Part shown: piece by piece, positions 1 to 9,435 of the stretch
Numbering within the stretch: the stretch's first letter is position 1
How the letters are laid out: every line of letters begins with the position of its first letter
Assembly (NCBI RefSeq): GCF_002428305.1
Contig: NZ_DIVJ01000023.1
Span: 108,489-172,488, forward strand
Source of the DNA: Flavobacterium sp. UBA6135
Lineage (GTDB): Bacteria; Bacteroidota; Bacteroidia; Flavobacteriales; Flavobacteriaceae
Length of the DNA stretch: 64,000 bases
Direction of reading: 5' to 3'
Notes under the pieces: generated by a model
The model's database searches: none
What the model saw: only the letters and a program-made list of their open reading frames with translations
Told to the model about the DNA's origin: nothing
Program-made: the position numbers and the translations under genes

Positions 1-612
1 AGCGTTATATTGAGGCCCTGCTACACCAACTACATCATTTTCAGTATTAAATGGTGCTTTCCCAAACAAATCTAACATATGATAATAAGACAATGCTCTC
101 AAAGCACGTGCTTCATTTCGGTAATCCTCAATTTCCGCAAGCGTTTGTGCATTTGTAATGCCTCTAGCACTTAACTTTTCTGGAGTAGATTGTCTTAAGA
201 ATTCATTAGCCAATGCTACCTGAAACATTCCTCTACTGAACATTCCTCGAATAATAGGATTTGATGCATTCCAAATATTTCTTTGAAGTTCTCTTGTTCC
301 GGGGTCATTTTCATAACTCCAGATTACTTCGTCTGTTGACAAATTTTGCATGTACCAAAGCACACGTCCATACTGACTGGTTCCTGCATCAACCCCTCCA
401 ATGTTAGAATTATCAGGCCCAAGTGTTCCTGTTAAAGACAAGTTACCATAAACCCCAGCAATAGCTTGAGCATATGCACCGTCTTGAGCATAAAACTCAT
501 CAGCAGAAGCCTGATTAGGGTCTCTGGGCACAACATCTAAATCATCTTCACACGATTGCATTAAAAATGCAAAACACATAAAGAAAAAGACTTTAGTTTT
601 CATAGTTTTCAT
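1..612 (-). CDS. susD: RagB/SusD-family glycan-binding lipoprotein, 5' part only (runs off the window start)
   Basis: Manual translation from ATG 612 (alternative ATG 603): MKTMKTKVFFFMCFAFLMQSCEDDLDVVP...EARALRALSYYHMLDLFG. Lipobox MQSC; lies directly downstream of susC; not in the ORF track. Confidence 0.9.
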   Translation of the reverse strand, partial: MKTMKTKVFFFMCFAFLMQSCEDDLDVVPRDPNQASADEFYAQDGAYAQAIAGVYGNLSLTGTLGPDNSNIGGVDAGTSQYGRVLWYMQNLSTDEVIWSYENDPGTRELQRNIWNASNPIIRGMFSRGMFQVALANEFLRQSTPEKLSARGITNAQTLAEIEDYRNEARALRALSYYHMLDLFGKAPFNTENDVVGVAGPQYNA

Positions 613-623
613 AGTTTTTTATT

Positions 624-3581
624 TTAAAATTTTACGTTAGCCCCAAACAAAAATTGTCTCTGTCTTGGGTAGATAGTATTGTCAAAACCTCCTGTTACTT
701 CGGGGTCTAAACCACCATATTTTGTGATTACAAATGCATTTTGAACACCTGTAAATAGGCGTAAAGAAGCTTTTCCTTCTAACCATTTAGGAAAAGTATA
801 ACCTAAAGTTACATAATCCATTCTTAAAAAAGAGGCATTTTCAACATACATGTCTGATAAAACATTTTCTCCATTTTGTTCTACAAAATTTGTATTTAAA
901 ACATTTGTTGAAATGTTTTCCAATACACCATTCTGAATCAAAGCATAATAAGAACGGGTAGATTCTACAGCATTTAAAACTCTATTTCCTATACTTGCTC
1001 TAAGGTTAAATGCAAAATCAAAGTTTTTATAATTCATAGTAGAATTAAAACCTAATAATAAATCAGGATCAGGATTTTTATAAATGTACCTGTCGTCACC
1101 ATTAATTAAACCATCACCATTTAAATCTGCAAAGGCTCCTTCAATTGCAGCACCACTAGGGTCATACAATTGTTTGTAAACGAAAAAGGAGAAAGGCGTA
1201 TATCCTTCTTGCAAGATTTGAGAAGTTCCTCCCGTTCCTGCACCTGATTGACCGGTAAATAAAGGTGAGCCTAATGCTATTTTCTCAATTCTTCTTTCAA
1301 ATTTTGTAGCATTAAACCCAACATTCCAATTGAAGTTTTCTGAATTAAAAAGATCATAATTGATAGAAAATTCTATACCTTTTGAACTCATGTCCCCAAC
1401 ATTCTGTGGCCCTTGGTTTGAGAAGTTACTTCCATCTGCGAATGGTCCAATCTGAAAAAGATCATTAGAAAGTTTATAAAACACATCTAAAGACCCATTC
1501 AATCTATTGTTCATAAATCCATAATCTAACCCCGCATTATAGGTTGTTGTTTCTTCCCATTTCAATGGTCCAAAAGCACTAGGAACGCCAACATTTATAG
1601 GTTGTCCGCCAATAATATATTGAGAGTTTGCATCACCTAAATTATAAATTGATTGATAAAAAGACGCCTGATCAATTGACTGTTGACCAGTAATACCCCA
1701 ACCTAGACGTAACTTTAAATCAGACAATACAGTAGAATCTTTGAAAAAATCTTCTTTAATTTTCCAACCTAAAGCTGCAGCAGGGAAATTGCCCCATCTG
1801 TTATCAGGACCAAAACGTGATGTACCGTCTCTTCTGTAAGACAATGTTAATAGATACTTGTCTTTTAAATTAAAATTTGCTCTTCCAAAATATCCTAAAA
1901 GAACAACATCTGTATCAACATAATATCTTAGTTGGTCTGTTGGATCGGTTGCTTCAAAACCTGCTTGGCCAGAGTTTTCAAACTTTTGATACGAATAACC
2001 AGCTGTACCTTCAAAACTTAAGTCGCCAAACTCTTTGTTGTAGATAAAATAGAAATCTAATAATTTATTAATTCTTTGGTTAGCTTCATTAAATTTTGTT
2101 CCTAAAGATATGTTATTGTTTTGAAAACCTGATCTAGCGGAAGTAGATCTAGTTCTAGATCTTTCCCCATCATTATTATCATACCCCAAGTTTAAAACCG
2201 CTCTTAATTCTGGTAAAAAATGAAACTTATAATCTACTTCAAAGTTTCCAAAAAATCTATTATTTGTTCCTCTGTCATTAGTTTGCAGTAATTGTGCAAC
2301 CGGATTTGGAGTTGATGGATTTAAGAATGGATTACCCGGTAAATTTGGGTTGTAATATTCAAAGAAACCATCATAAGGTGAATTTACATCGTAAATAGGT
2401 TGTGTTGGGTCAAATCGAATTGCTGCCCCTTCTACTCCATCTGCAAACCTATTTCGTTGATTTGTGTAATTCGCAGAAACTCTAAATTTCAAATGATTTT
2501 CAAATAAAGAAGGAGACAAATTTAAAGAAACTGAATTTCTTGTAAACTCATTTGTCAATCGAAGACCTTCCTGATACGTGTTTCCAATTGATAATCTTGT
2601 TGGAATTGATCCAAATAAATTTCCTTTAAGTGATAAATTATTGTCAACAAAATCTGTTCTTCTGTAAATTGCCTTTTGCCAATTTGTATTAGCATCTCCC
2701 AGCATAGCTACCTGTCCTGGTGTTCCAATACCCGGTGTAAGCTGCACACCATTTCCATCAAATGTTCCGGCTACTAAAGCTCTAAACTCATCACCGGTGA
2801 ACACATCTATTTCTCCAACATTTTTTCCAGAACCATATTGAAAATTATATTCAACCTGAAGTGTTTTAGCTCCTCTTTTGGTAGTGATAATGATAACGCC
2901 ATTAGAAGCTCTAGATCCATAAATAGCTGTAGCAGAAGCATCTTTCAAAATAGTAAATGACTCAATATCATTTGGATTTATCGAAGATAAAATCGATGTT
3001 GCTCCTGCTGCACCTTGATTATCAATTGGCAACCCATCAATCACAATCAAGGGATCATTCGAGGCCAACAAAGAAGAACCTCCACGAATTCTGATTTCAG
3101 AACCAGATCCCGGTGCTCCACTTGTATTAATTGTTAAACCGGCTACTTTACCGTTCAGTAAATTCTCCGCAGTAACATTTGCACCCTTGTTAAAATCTTC
3201 AGAAGTAATTTGAGTTACAGAGCCGGTTGCATCTTTTTTCTTAACCGTTCCATAACCAATAAGCACTACCTCATCAAGTTGTGCCGTATCTTCTTCTAGT
3301 GAGACTTGAAGATTTCTTTGATTACTAAATGTAACATCGATTGTTTTGAATCCTACAAAGGACAATTCAATAACATCTCCGCTTTTTAGATTTGACAGTG
3401 TAAAATTTCCGTCAAAATCAGTAATGGTACCATTTGTAGTACCTTTTACAATTACGCTAACTCCTGGCAATGGCAGATTTGTTGCCTTCTCTGTGACATT
3501 TCCAGTTAAAGTATTCTGTGCCAATAGTGTAAGTGGCATCAGAAGCAACGCAATGAACAACTTTTTGTAAATTGTTTTCAT
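624..3581 (-). CDS. susC: SusC/RagA TonB-dependent outer-membrane transporter
   Basis: Signal peptide, N-terminal carboxypeptidase-regulatory-like domain, plug motif ILKDASATAIYGSRASNGVIIITTK, C-terminal YP...GANVKF. Confidence 0.97.
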   Translation of the reverse strand: MKTIYKKLFIALLLMPLTLLAQNTLTGNVTEKATNLPLPGVSVIVKGTTNGTITDFDGNFTLSNLKSGDVIELSFVGFKTIDVTFSNQRNLQVSLEEDTAQLDEVVLIGYGTVKKKDATGSVTQITSEDFNKGANVTAENLLNGKVAGLTINTSGAPGSGSEIRIRGGSSLLASNDPLIVIDGLPIDNQGAAGATSILSSINPNDIESFTILKDASATAIYGSRASNGVIIITTKRGAKTLQVEYNFQYGSGKNVGEIDVFTGDEFRALVAGTFDGNGVQLTPGIGTPGQVAMLGDANTNWQKAIYRRTDFVDNNLSLKGNLFGSIPTRLSIGNTYQEGLRLTNEFTRNSVSLNLSPSLFENHLKFRVSANYTNQRNRFADGVEGAAIRFDPTQPIYDVNSPYDGFFEYYNPNLPGNPFLNPSTPNPVAQLLQTNDRGTNNRFFGNFEVDYKFHFLPELRAVLNLGYDNNDGERSRTRSTSARSGFQNNNISLGTKFNEANQRINKLLDFYFIYNKEFGDLSFEGTAGYSYQKFENSGQAGFEATDPTDQLRYYVDTDVVLLGYFGRANFNLKDKYLLTLSYRRDGTSRFGPDNRWGNFPAAALGWKIKEDFFKDSTVLSDLKLRLGWGITGQQSIDQASFYQSIYNLGDANSQYIIGGQPINVGVPSAFGPLKWEETTTYNAGLDYGFMNNRLNGSLDVFYKLSNDLFQIGPFADGSNFSNQGPQNVGDMSSKGIEFSINYDLFNSENFNWNVGFNATKFERRIEKIALGSPLFTGQSGAGTGGTSQILQEGYTPFSFFVYKQLYDPSGAAIEGAFADLNGDGLINGDDRYIYKNPDPDLLLGFNSTMNYKNFDFAFNLRASIGNRVLNAVESTRSYYALIQNGVLENISTNVLNTNFVEQNGENVLSDMYVENASFLRMDYVTLGYTFPKWLEGKASLRLFTGVQNAFVITKYGGLDPEVTGGFDNTIYPRQRQFLFGANVKF

Positions 3582-3691
3582 ACAGTTTGTTTAGATTAAA
3601 ATTGTGTTTTTTGTGTGCTTGTATTTTACTTCGAATGTTAAATTTACGTAAAAATCTAAACAATTTTTGTGAACAGCTGTTAAAAGTGTTG

Positions 3692-3705
3692 CGAAAACGT
3701 TTTCG
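3692..3705. promoter_or_regulatory. Candidate LacI-family operator
   Basis: Perfect 14-bp palindrome CGAAAACGTTTTCG with central CG, between divergent susC and the LacI gene. Confidence 0.75.
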
Positions 3706-3808
3706 TGTTGAAAAGTTTTAATAATTCATAGTTTTTTACCCCCAAAATTCCGATTACAGAAAATTAAATTTATCTTTATTCAAAATTTACTATTTACCAC
3801 ACCCTAAA

Positions 3809-4828
3809 ATGAAAAGAAAAGTTACCCTAAAACAGATTGCAAAAGAACTTGATGTATCAATTTCAACCGTTTCAAAATCATTAAAAGACAGTACAGAAAT
3901 CAGTGAAGATACTCGCTTAAAGGTACAAGCTTTTGCTAAACTTTATAACTACAAACCAAACAACATTGCTTTAAGTTTAAAGAATAAAAAAACCAAAACA
4001 ATTGGTGTTATTATTCCGGAGATTGTACATCATTTTTTTGCAACAGTTATCAGTGGCATTGAACATCTTGCTAATGAAAACGGATACAACGTTATTGTCT
4101 GTTTGTCTGACGAATCTTTTGATAAAGAGGTTATCAATATGGAAATGTTGGCAAATGGAAGTATTGACGGATTCATCATGTCTTTGTCAAAAGAAACGCA
4201 ACAAAAAAGAGATTTTCATCACATCACAGAAATTATAAATCAAGGAATGCCGGTTGTAATGTTTGACAGGGTTTCAAACGATATTTTATGCGACAAGGTA
4301 ATTATTGATGATAATCTAGCTGCTTTCAACGCTGTTCAAACCTTGATTGAAAAAGGAATGAAGAAAATAGCATTAATCACAACTGTTGATTACGTTAGCG
4401 TTGGGAAACTGAGAACTGACGGCTACATTAAAGCATTAAAAACTAACGATTTAAAAGTAAATAACGAACTAATATTAAAAATTGAAGACATTGACAACTG
4501 TGAAAATCTAATTGAGGATTTAATTAAAAACAATAAAATTGATGCTGTTTTTGCGGTTAATGAACTATTTGCAGTAACTGCAATTAAAGCAGCTTCAAAA
4601 CACAATATTAAAGTTCCAGAGGAAATCTCGGTCATTGGATTTACCGATGGCATTATCTCCAAATATGCTTCACCAAGCATCACTACTGTTAGTCAAAACG
4701 GAATTAAAATGGGAGAAAAAGCAGCTAAAATGTTAATCGAAAGATTAGAGAGTGATGAATGGGATGACGAACACTTCAAAACTGAAGTTATTGAAACACA
4801 TCTGGTGGAAAGAGAATCCACAAAATAA
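3809..4828 (+). CDS. LacI-family transcriptional regulator of the maltose/starch locus
   Basis: HTH VTLKQIAKELDVSISTVSKSL, hinge YKPN, periplasmic-binding-protein-like effector domain. Confidence 0.95.
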   Translation: MKRKVTLKQIAKELDVSISTVSKSLKDSTEISEDTRLKVQAFAKLYNYKPNNIALSLKNKKTKTIGVIIPEIVHHFFATVISGIEHLANENGYNVIVCLSDESFDKEVINMEMLANGSIDGFIMSLSKETQQKRDFHHITEIINQGMPVVMFDRVSNDILCDKVIIDDNLAAFNAVQTLIEKGMKKIALITTVDYVSVGKLRTDGYIKALKTNDLKVNNELILKIEDIDNCENLIEDLIKNNKIDAVFAVNELFAVTAIKAASKHNIKVPEEISVIGFTDGIISKYASPSITTVSQNGIKMGEKAAKMLIERLESDEWDDEHFKTEVIETHLVERESTK

Positions 4829-4880
4829 ATTTTCTATTAAAATATTTAAGCCTAATAAATTTTTCGAATAGAAAAAAATA

Positions 4881-4888
4881 TATATTTG
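4881..4888 (+). promoter_or_regulatory. Bacteroidetes -7 promoter element for the MFS-pgmB-GH operon
   Basis: TATATTTG matches TAnnTTTG, about 95 nt upstream of the ATG. Confidence 0.65.
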
Positions 4889-4900
4889 TAATCAGTATTA

Positions 4901-4966
4901 ATCAAAACTTGTATTTTACTTCGAACCCACAAGTTTTGATAAGCCTTAAACGCTTATCGTTTTATT
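4901..4966 (+). ncRNA. Structured 5' leader or candidate sRNA with two overlapping hairpins
   Basis: 12-bp perfect stem ATCAAAACTTGT/ACAAGTTTTGAT (4901-4940); 7-bp stem GATAAGC/GCTTATC (4938-4958) followed by GTTTTATT. Confidence 0.5.
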
Positions 4967-4984
4967 AACCAATAAATTACGATA

Positions 4985-6331
4985 ATGGAAAAGCGTAAGT
5001 TAAGTTTCTGGGAAATTTGGAACATGAGTTTCGGTTTCTTGGGGATACAAATGGGTTTTGCCCTCCAAAATGCAAATGCCAGTAGAATTCTTCAAAAGTT
5101 TGGTGCCGATGTTCATGAACTTTCGTGGTTTTGGATTATTGCTCCACTCACAGGATTAATTGTTCAACCCATTATTGGTCACTACAGTGATAATACTTGG
5201 GGTCGCTTTGGAAGAAGAAAACCTTTTTTCTTACTTGGTGCTGTTCTTGCCTCTGTCGGGTTAATTTTAATGCCGCAATCTGAAATTTTCATTGCCTTTT
5301 TACCTGCTCTTTGGGTTGGTGCCGGAATGCTTATGATTATGGATGTTTCATTTAACATTGCTATGGAACCTTTTCGTGCTTTGGTTGGAGACAATCTTCG
5401 AACGGATCAAAGAACATTGGGTTTTAGTGTGCAAACTGCTTTAATTGGAATGGGAGCTGTTGTTGGTTCAATTCTACCTTCTTTTTTAAGATGGGTTGGT
5501 GTTACAGGTGAAACCGAAAGCGGAATTCCCAATGATTTAATTTGGTCTTTTATTATTGGTGCAGCTATTTTAATAATTACCATTTTAGTTACTGTAATTA
5601 CTACGCATGAATATTCGCCACAAGAATTAGAAAATTTTACAGACGAAAAAGCTCATAAAGATGCCATTGGTGATGAAAAACCTTCACGGTTGTTAGACAT
5701 TTTTGAAGATTTTGCTAAAATGCCAACCACTATGCGTCAATTAAGTATGGTTCAATTCTTTTCTTGGTTTGGTCTTTTCGGAATGTGGGTGTTTACAACT
5801 CCTGCCATTGCTCAACACATTTATGGTTTGGCATCAGATGATGTGAAAAATCCATTATTTGATGACGCTGGAAATTGGGTTGGTGTTCTTTTTGGCGTTT
5901 ACAATTTCGTTTCGATGATTTTTGCGTTCACACTTCCTTACATTGCCAAACAAATTGGACGAAAAAAAACACACGCAACTTCTCTAATTATTGGAGGAAT
6001 CGGATTAATTTCTATCTATTTTATGCCAAATAAAGATGCTCTGATTTTTTCTATGATTTGTATAGGAATTGCTTGGGCGAGTATTTTATCAATGCCTTAT
6101 GCCATTCTTGCCGGATCTATTCAACCCAAGAAAATGGGAGTTTACATGGGAATTTTTAATTTCTTTATCGTAATTCCACAAATTATTAATGCCCTCATTG
6201 GAGGATTACTTGTTAAATATTTATATAATGATCATGCCATTTTTGCTTTGGTAACTAGTGGTGTCAGTTTTTTAATTGCTGCAGCCTTAGTTTACAAAGT
6301 AAAAGATGTTGATGATGTAGTACAAAACTAA
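4985..6331 (+). CDS. MFS maltose/maltodextrin transporter (SLC45/GPH-like)
   Basis: About 12 hydrophobic segments, QPIIGHYSDNTWGRFGRRKPF motif, position in the maltose locus. Confidence 0.9.
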   Translation: MEKRKLSFWEIWNMSFGFLGIQMGFALQNANASRILQKFGADVHELSWFWIIAPLTGLIVQPIIGHYSDNTWGRFGRRKPFFLLGAVLASVGLILMPQSEIFIAFLPALWVGAGMLMIMDVSFNIAMEPFRALVGDNLRTDQRTLGFSVQTALIGMGAVVGSILPSFLRWVGVTGETESGIPNDLIWSFIIGAAILIITILVTVITTHEYSPQELENFTDEKAHKDAIGDEKPSRLLDIFEDFAKMPTTMRQLSMVQFFSWFGLFGMWVFTTPAIAQHIYGLASDDVKNPLFDDAGNWVGVLFGVYNFVSMIFAFTLPYIAKQIGRKKTHATSLIIGGIGLISIYFMPNKDALIFSMICIGIAWASILSMPYAILAGSIQPKKMGVYMGIFNFFIVIPQIINALIGGLLVKYLYNDHAIFALVTSGVSFLIAAALVYKVKDVDDVVQN

Positions 6332-6987
6332 TGAATCAAAGATGTTTCATATTCGACCTCGATGGCGTAATCGTTGACACGGCTAAATATCACTTTTTAG
6401 CTTGGCAAAAAATTGCGAACCAGTTAGGTATTGAATTTACGCCCGAACACAACGAAGAACTCAAAGGTGTAAGCCGTGTTCGATCACTGGACCTTATTTT
6501 AGCCTTAGGAAATCTAGAAGCTTCGCAAGAAGACAAAAACAAATGGCTCGTTCAAAAAAACGAAGACTATCTTTCCTATTTGGTGGATATGGACGAAAGT
6601 GAAATCTTACCGGGAGTTTTACCGGTTCTCATTTATCTTAAAGAAAATAACCAAAAAATCGTATTGGGTTCTGCCAGTAAAAACGCAAAACCAATTTTAG
6701 AAAAAGCAAAAATTATCGATTATTTTGACGCCATTGTGGATGGAAACGATGTGTCTAATGCAAAACCAGACCCGGAAGTTTTTATTCAAGGAGCCAAAAA
6801 AGTAAATTTTTCAAACGAAAAATGTATCGTTTTTGAAGATTCTGTAGCTGGAGTTCAAGCTGCAAATAGTGCCGGGATGACGAGTGTTGGAATCGGCGAA
6901 GAAAGTATTTTACATGAAGCTCAATTCGTATTTCCTGATTTCACACACATCGATTTGAATTTTATACAAAACCTAATAAATAAATAG
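6331..6987 (+). CDS. pgmB: Beta-phosphoglucomutase
   Basis: HAD motifs FDLDGVIVDT, SASKN, KPDPEVF, FEDS; adjacent to GH65. Confidence 0.93.
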   Translation: MNQRCFIFDLDGVIVDTAKYHFLAWQKIANQLGIEFTPEHNEELKGVSRVRSLDLILALGNLEASQEDKNKWLVQKNEDYLSYLVDMDESEILPGVLPVLIYLKENNQKIVLGSASKNAKPILEKAKIIDYFDAIVDGNDVSNAKPDPEVFIQGAKKVNFSNEKCIVFEDSVAGVQAANSAGMTSVGIGEESILHEAQFVFPDFTHIDLNFIQNLINK

Positions 6988-7015
6988 TAAAATTTTAATG
7001 ATTTCGAATTTTAAA

Positions 7016-7047
7016 AACTTGAAACGTTAAACTTGAAACTTTTAAAC
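7016..7047 (+). repeat. Degenerate heptamer array (TTGAAAC-type) before the GH65 start
   Basis: ttgaaac gttaaac ttgaaac ttttaaac. Confidence 0.7.
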
Positions 7048-7055
7048 TAAAATTA

Positions 7056-9359
7056 ATGAACCAAGATTATATCATACCAGATAACTGGTCGATTATTGAA
7101 GAAGGATTTGAACAAGACCTGGTTAAGTCTTCCGAAAGTTTGTTCAGCATTGGAAACGGTGCGATGGGACAACGTGCAAATTTTGAAGAATATTATTCCG
7201 GAAAAACCTTCCAAGGAAGTTATATTGCCGGAATTTATTATCCAGATAAAACAAAAGTGGGTTGGTGGAAAAACGGTTATCCCGAATATTTTGCCAAAGT
7301 GCTTAATGCTCCAAATTGGATTGGTATTAACATCGAAATTAACGGTGAAAATTTGGATTTAGCCAATTGTGCAGCAGTGAAAATTTTCCGTAGAGAGTTG
7401 AATATGAAAGAGGGTTGGTATCATCGTTCTTTTACAGCAACCCTTCAAAACGGAACTGAAATTGAAGTACAAGTGCGTCGTTTTCTTTCATTGGATTTAG
7501 ATGAAGTGGGTGTAATTAATTATCAAATTACCGCTTTAAATCAGGATGCGAAAATTGTTTTCAAACCGTATATTGATGCTGGTGTTCACAACGAAGATGC
7601 CAACTGGGAAGAAAAATTTTGGGAACCATTACATGTAAAAAATAATGGAAACGAAGCTTTTGTAACAGCAAGAACTTTCAAAACGCATTTTACCGCAACT
7701 ACATTCATGCACAATACGATTTTGGTGGGTGGAAAAAATGTAAATGTTTCTCCATCGAATGTTGTCGCACCACATGATAAAATTGAATTTTCGTATGAAG
7801 TTTCAGTTGCCCAAAATCAATCGGCTACCATTCAAAAAATAGGTGGTTACACCGTTTCAATGAACCATGAAAATACGGAAGAAGCGGCTAAAAAAGTTGT
7901 ATCTGAAGCAATTTCCATCGGTTACAACCAATTATTAGAAGACCAAATCAAGGCTTGGGCAAAAATTTGGGAAATGAGTGATATAACCATAGATGGTGAT
8001 GTGAAAGCTCAACAAGGAATTCGTTTCAATATTTTTCAATTAAACCAAACGTATTTAGGAAAAGATTCTCGTTTAAATATTGGTCCGAAAGGATTTACCG
8101 GAGAAAAATACGGCGGATCAACCTATTGGGATACAGAAGCGTATTGTATTCCTTTCTATATGGCCACCAAAGATCAACAAGTTGCTAGAAATCTATTGAC
8201 GTATCGTTACAATCAATTGGACAAAGCAATTGAAAATGCCGAAAAGTTAGGTTTTAAAAACGGTGCGGCTTTGTATCCGATGGTGACGATGAACGGTGAA
8301 GAATGTCACAATGAATGGGAAATTACGTTTGAAGAAATTCACCGTAACGGAGCCATTGCTTTTGCTATATTTAATTATTACCGATTCACAGGAGATTACA
8401 GCTATATTCCTGAAAAAGGTTTGGAAGTTTTAATCGGAATTGCTCGTTTTTGGCACCAAAGAGCCACCTACTCTACCTATCGAAATCAGTATGTAATTTT
8501 AGGTGTAACAGGTCCAAATGAATATGAAAATAACGTAAACAATAATTTTTACACCAATTATATTGCCAAGTGGTGTATTGATTATACGGTAGAACAAATT
8601 CAAAAAATTGAAAAAGAATATTCTTCAGATTATACTAGAATTTTAAATAAAGTAAAACTTTCTGTAGCTGAAATTAACCATTGGAAAGAAGTTGCCGATA
8701 ATATGTATTTTCCTTTTTCGGAAGAACACGACGTTTATTTGCAGCAAGATGGTTTCTTAGATAAAGAATTAGTAAAAGTTTCTGATTTAGATAAAAGTCA
8801 GCGACCGATTAATCAAAAATGGTCATGGGATCGAATTTTACGTTCGCCTTACATCAAACAAGCTGATACGTTACAAGGGTTTTATTTCTTTGAAGATCAT
8901 TTCAGTAAAGAACAATTAGAGAAACATTTCGATTTTTATGAACCATTTACCGTTCACGAAAGTTCACTTTCGCCTTGCGTTCACTCGATTCAAGCGGCTG
9001 TTTTGGATAGAATGGAACAAGCTTATACTTTCTATCTTCGAACTTCCCGTTTGGATTTAGATGATTATAACAAAGAAGTACACGAAGGTTTACACATCAC
9101 GTCGATGGCCGGAACTTGGATGAGTATTGTAGAAGGTTTTGGTGGAATGCGAGTGAAAAATGAAACCTTACATTTTGAACCAAAAATTCCAACACAATGG
9201 AAAGGCTATTCGTTTAAAATTAATTTCAGAAATCAAATTTTAAAAGTTTCTGTTCAATCTAATGAAACGAAGTTTTCTCTGGAAGGAAATAAACCAATTA
9301 CTGTTTTTGTAAAAGGAAAAGAAATCTTGGTGGAACCGAATAGTTTGGTTACCGTTTAA
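7056..9359 (+). CDS. GH65 maltose phosphorylase
   Basis: KGFTGEKYGGSTYWDTE, GPNEYE, KQAD and HESSLS motifs; coupled to pgmB. Confidence 0.92.
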   Translation: MNQDYIIPDNWSIIEEGFEQDLVKSSESLFSIGNGAMGQRANFEEYYSGKTFQGSYIAGIYYPDKTKVGWWKNGYPEYFAKVLNAPNWIGINIEINGENLDLANCAAVKIFRRELNMKEGWYHRSFTATLQNGTEIEVQVRRFLSLDLDEVGVINYQITALNQDAKIVFKPYIDAGVHNEDANWEEKFWEPLHVKNNGNEAFVTARTFKTHFTATTFMHNTILVGGKNVNVSPSNVVAPHDKIEFSYEVSVAQNQSATIQKIGGYTVSMNHENTEEAAKKVVSEAISIGYNQLLEDQIKAWAKIWEMSDITIDGDVKAQQGIRFNIFQLNQTYLGKDSRLNIGPKGFTGEKYGGSTYWDTEAYCIPFYMATKDQQVARNLLTYRYNQLDKAIENAEKLGFKNGAALYPMVTMNGEECHNEWEITFEEIHRNGAIAFAIFNYYRFTGDYSYIPEKGLEVLIGIARFWHQRATYSTYRNQYVILGVTGPNEYENNVNNNFYTNYIAKWCIDYTVEQIQKIEKEYSSDYTRILNKVKLSVAEINHWKEVADNMYFPFSEEHDVYLQQDGFLDKELVKVSDLDKSQRPINQKWSWDRILRSPYIKQADTLQGFYFFEDHFSKEQLEKHFDFYEPFTVHESSLSPCVHSIQAAVLDRMEQAYTFYLRTSRLDLDDYNKEVHEGLHITSMAGTWMSIVEGFGGMRVKNETLHFEPKIPTQWKGYSFKINFRNQILKVSVQSNETKFSLEGNKPITVFVKGKEILVEPNSLVTV

Positions 9360-9365
9360 TAAATT

Positions 9366-9420
9366 CTCGCAAAGACGCTAAGTCGCAAAGATTTACTTAG
9401 CGTCTCTGCGACTTTGCGAG
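9366..9420. repeat. Nested inverted-repeat intergenic element
   Basis: ctcgcaaag...ctttgcgag, acgctaagt/acttagcgt and agtcgca/tgcgact. Confidence 0.8.
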
Positions 9421-9435
9421 ATAAAACAATCAATT

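Noticed and set aside
595-612. ATGAAAACT duplicated at the susD start
   Set aside because: A 9-bp in-frame duplication giving two possible starts; no further significance is evident.
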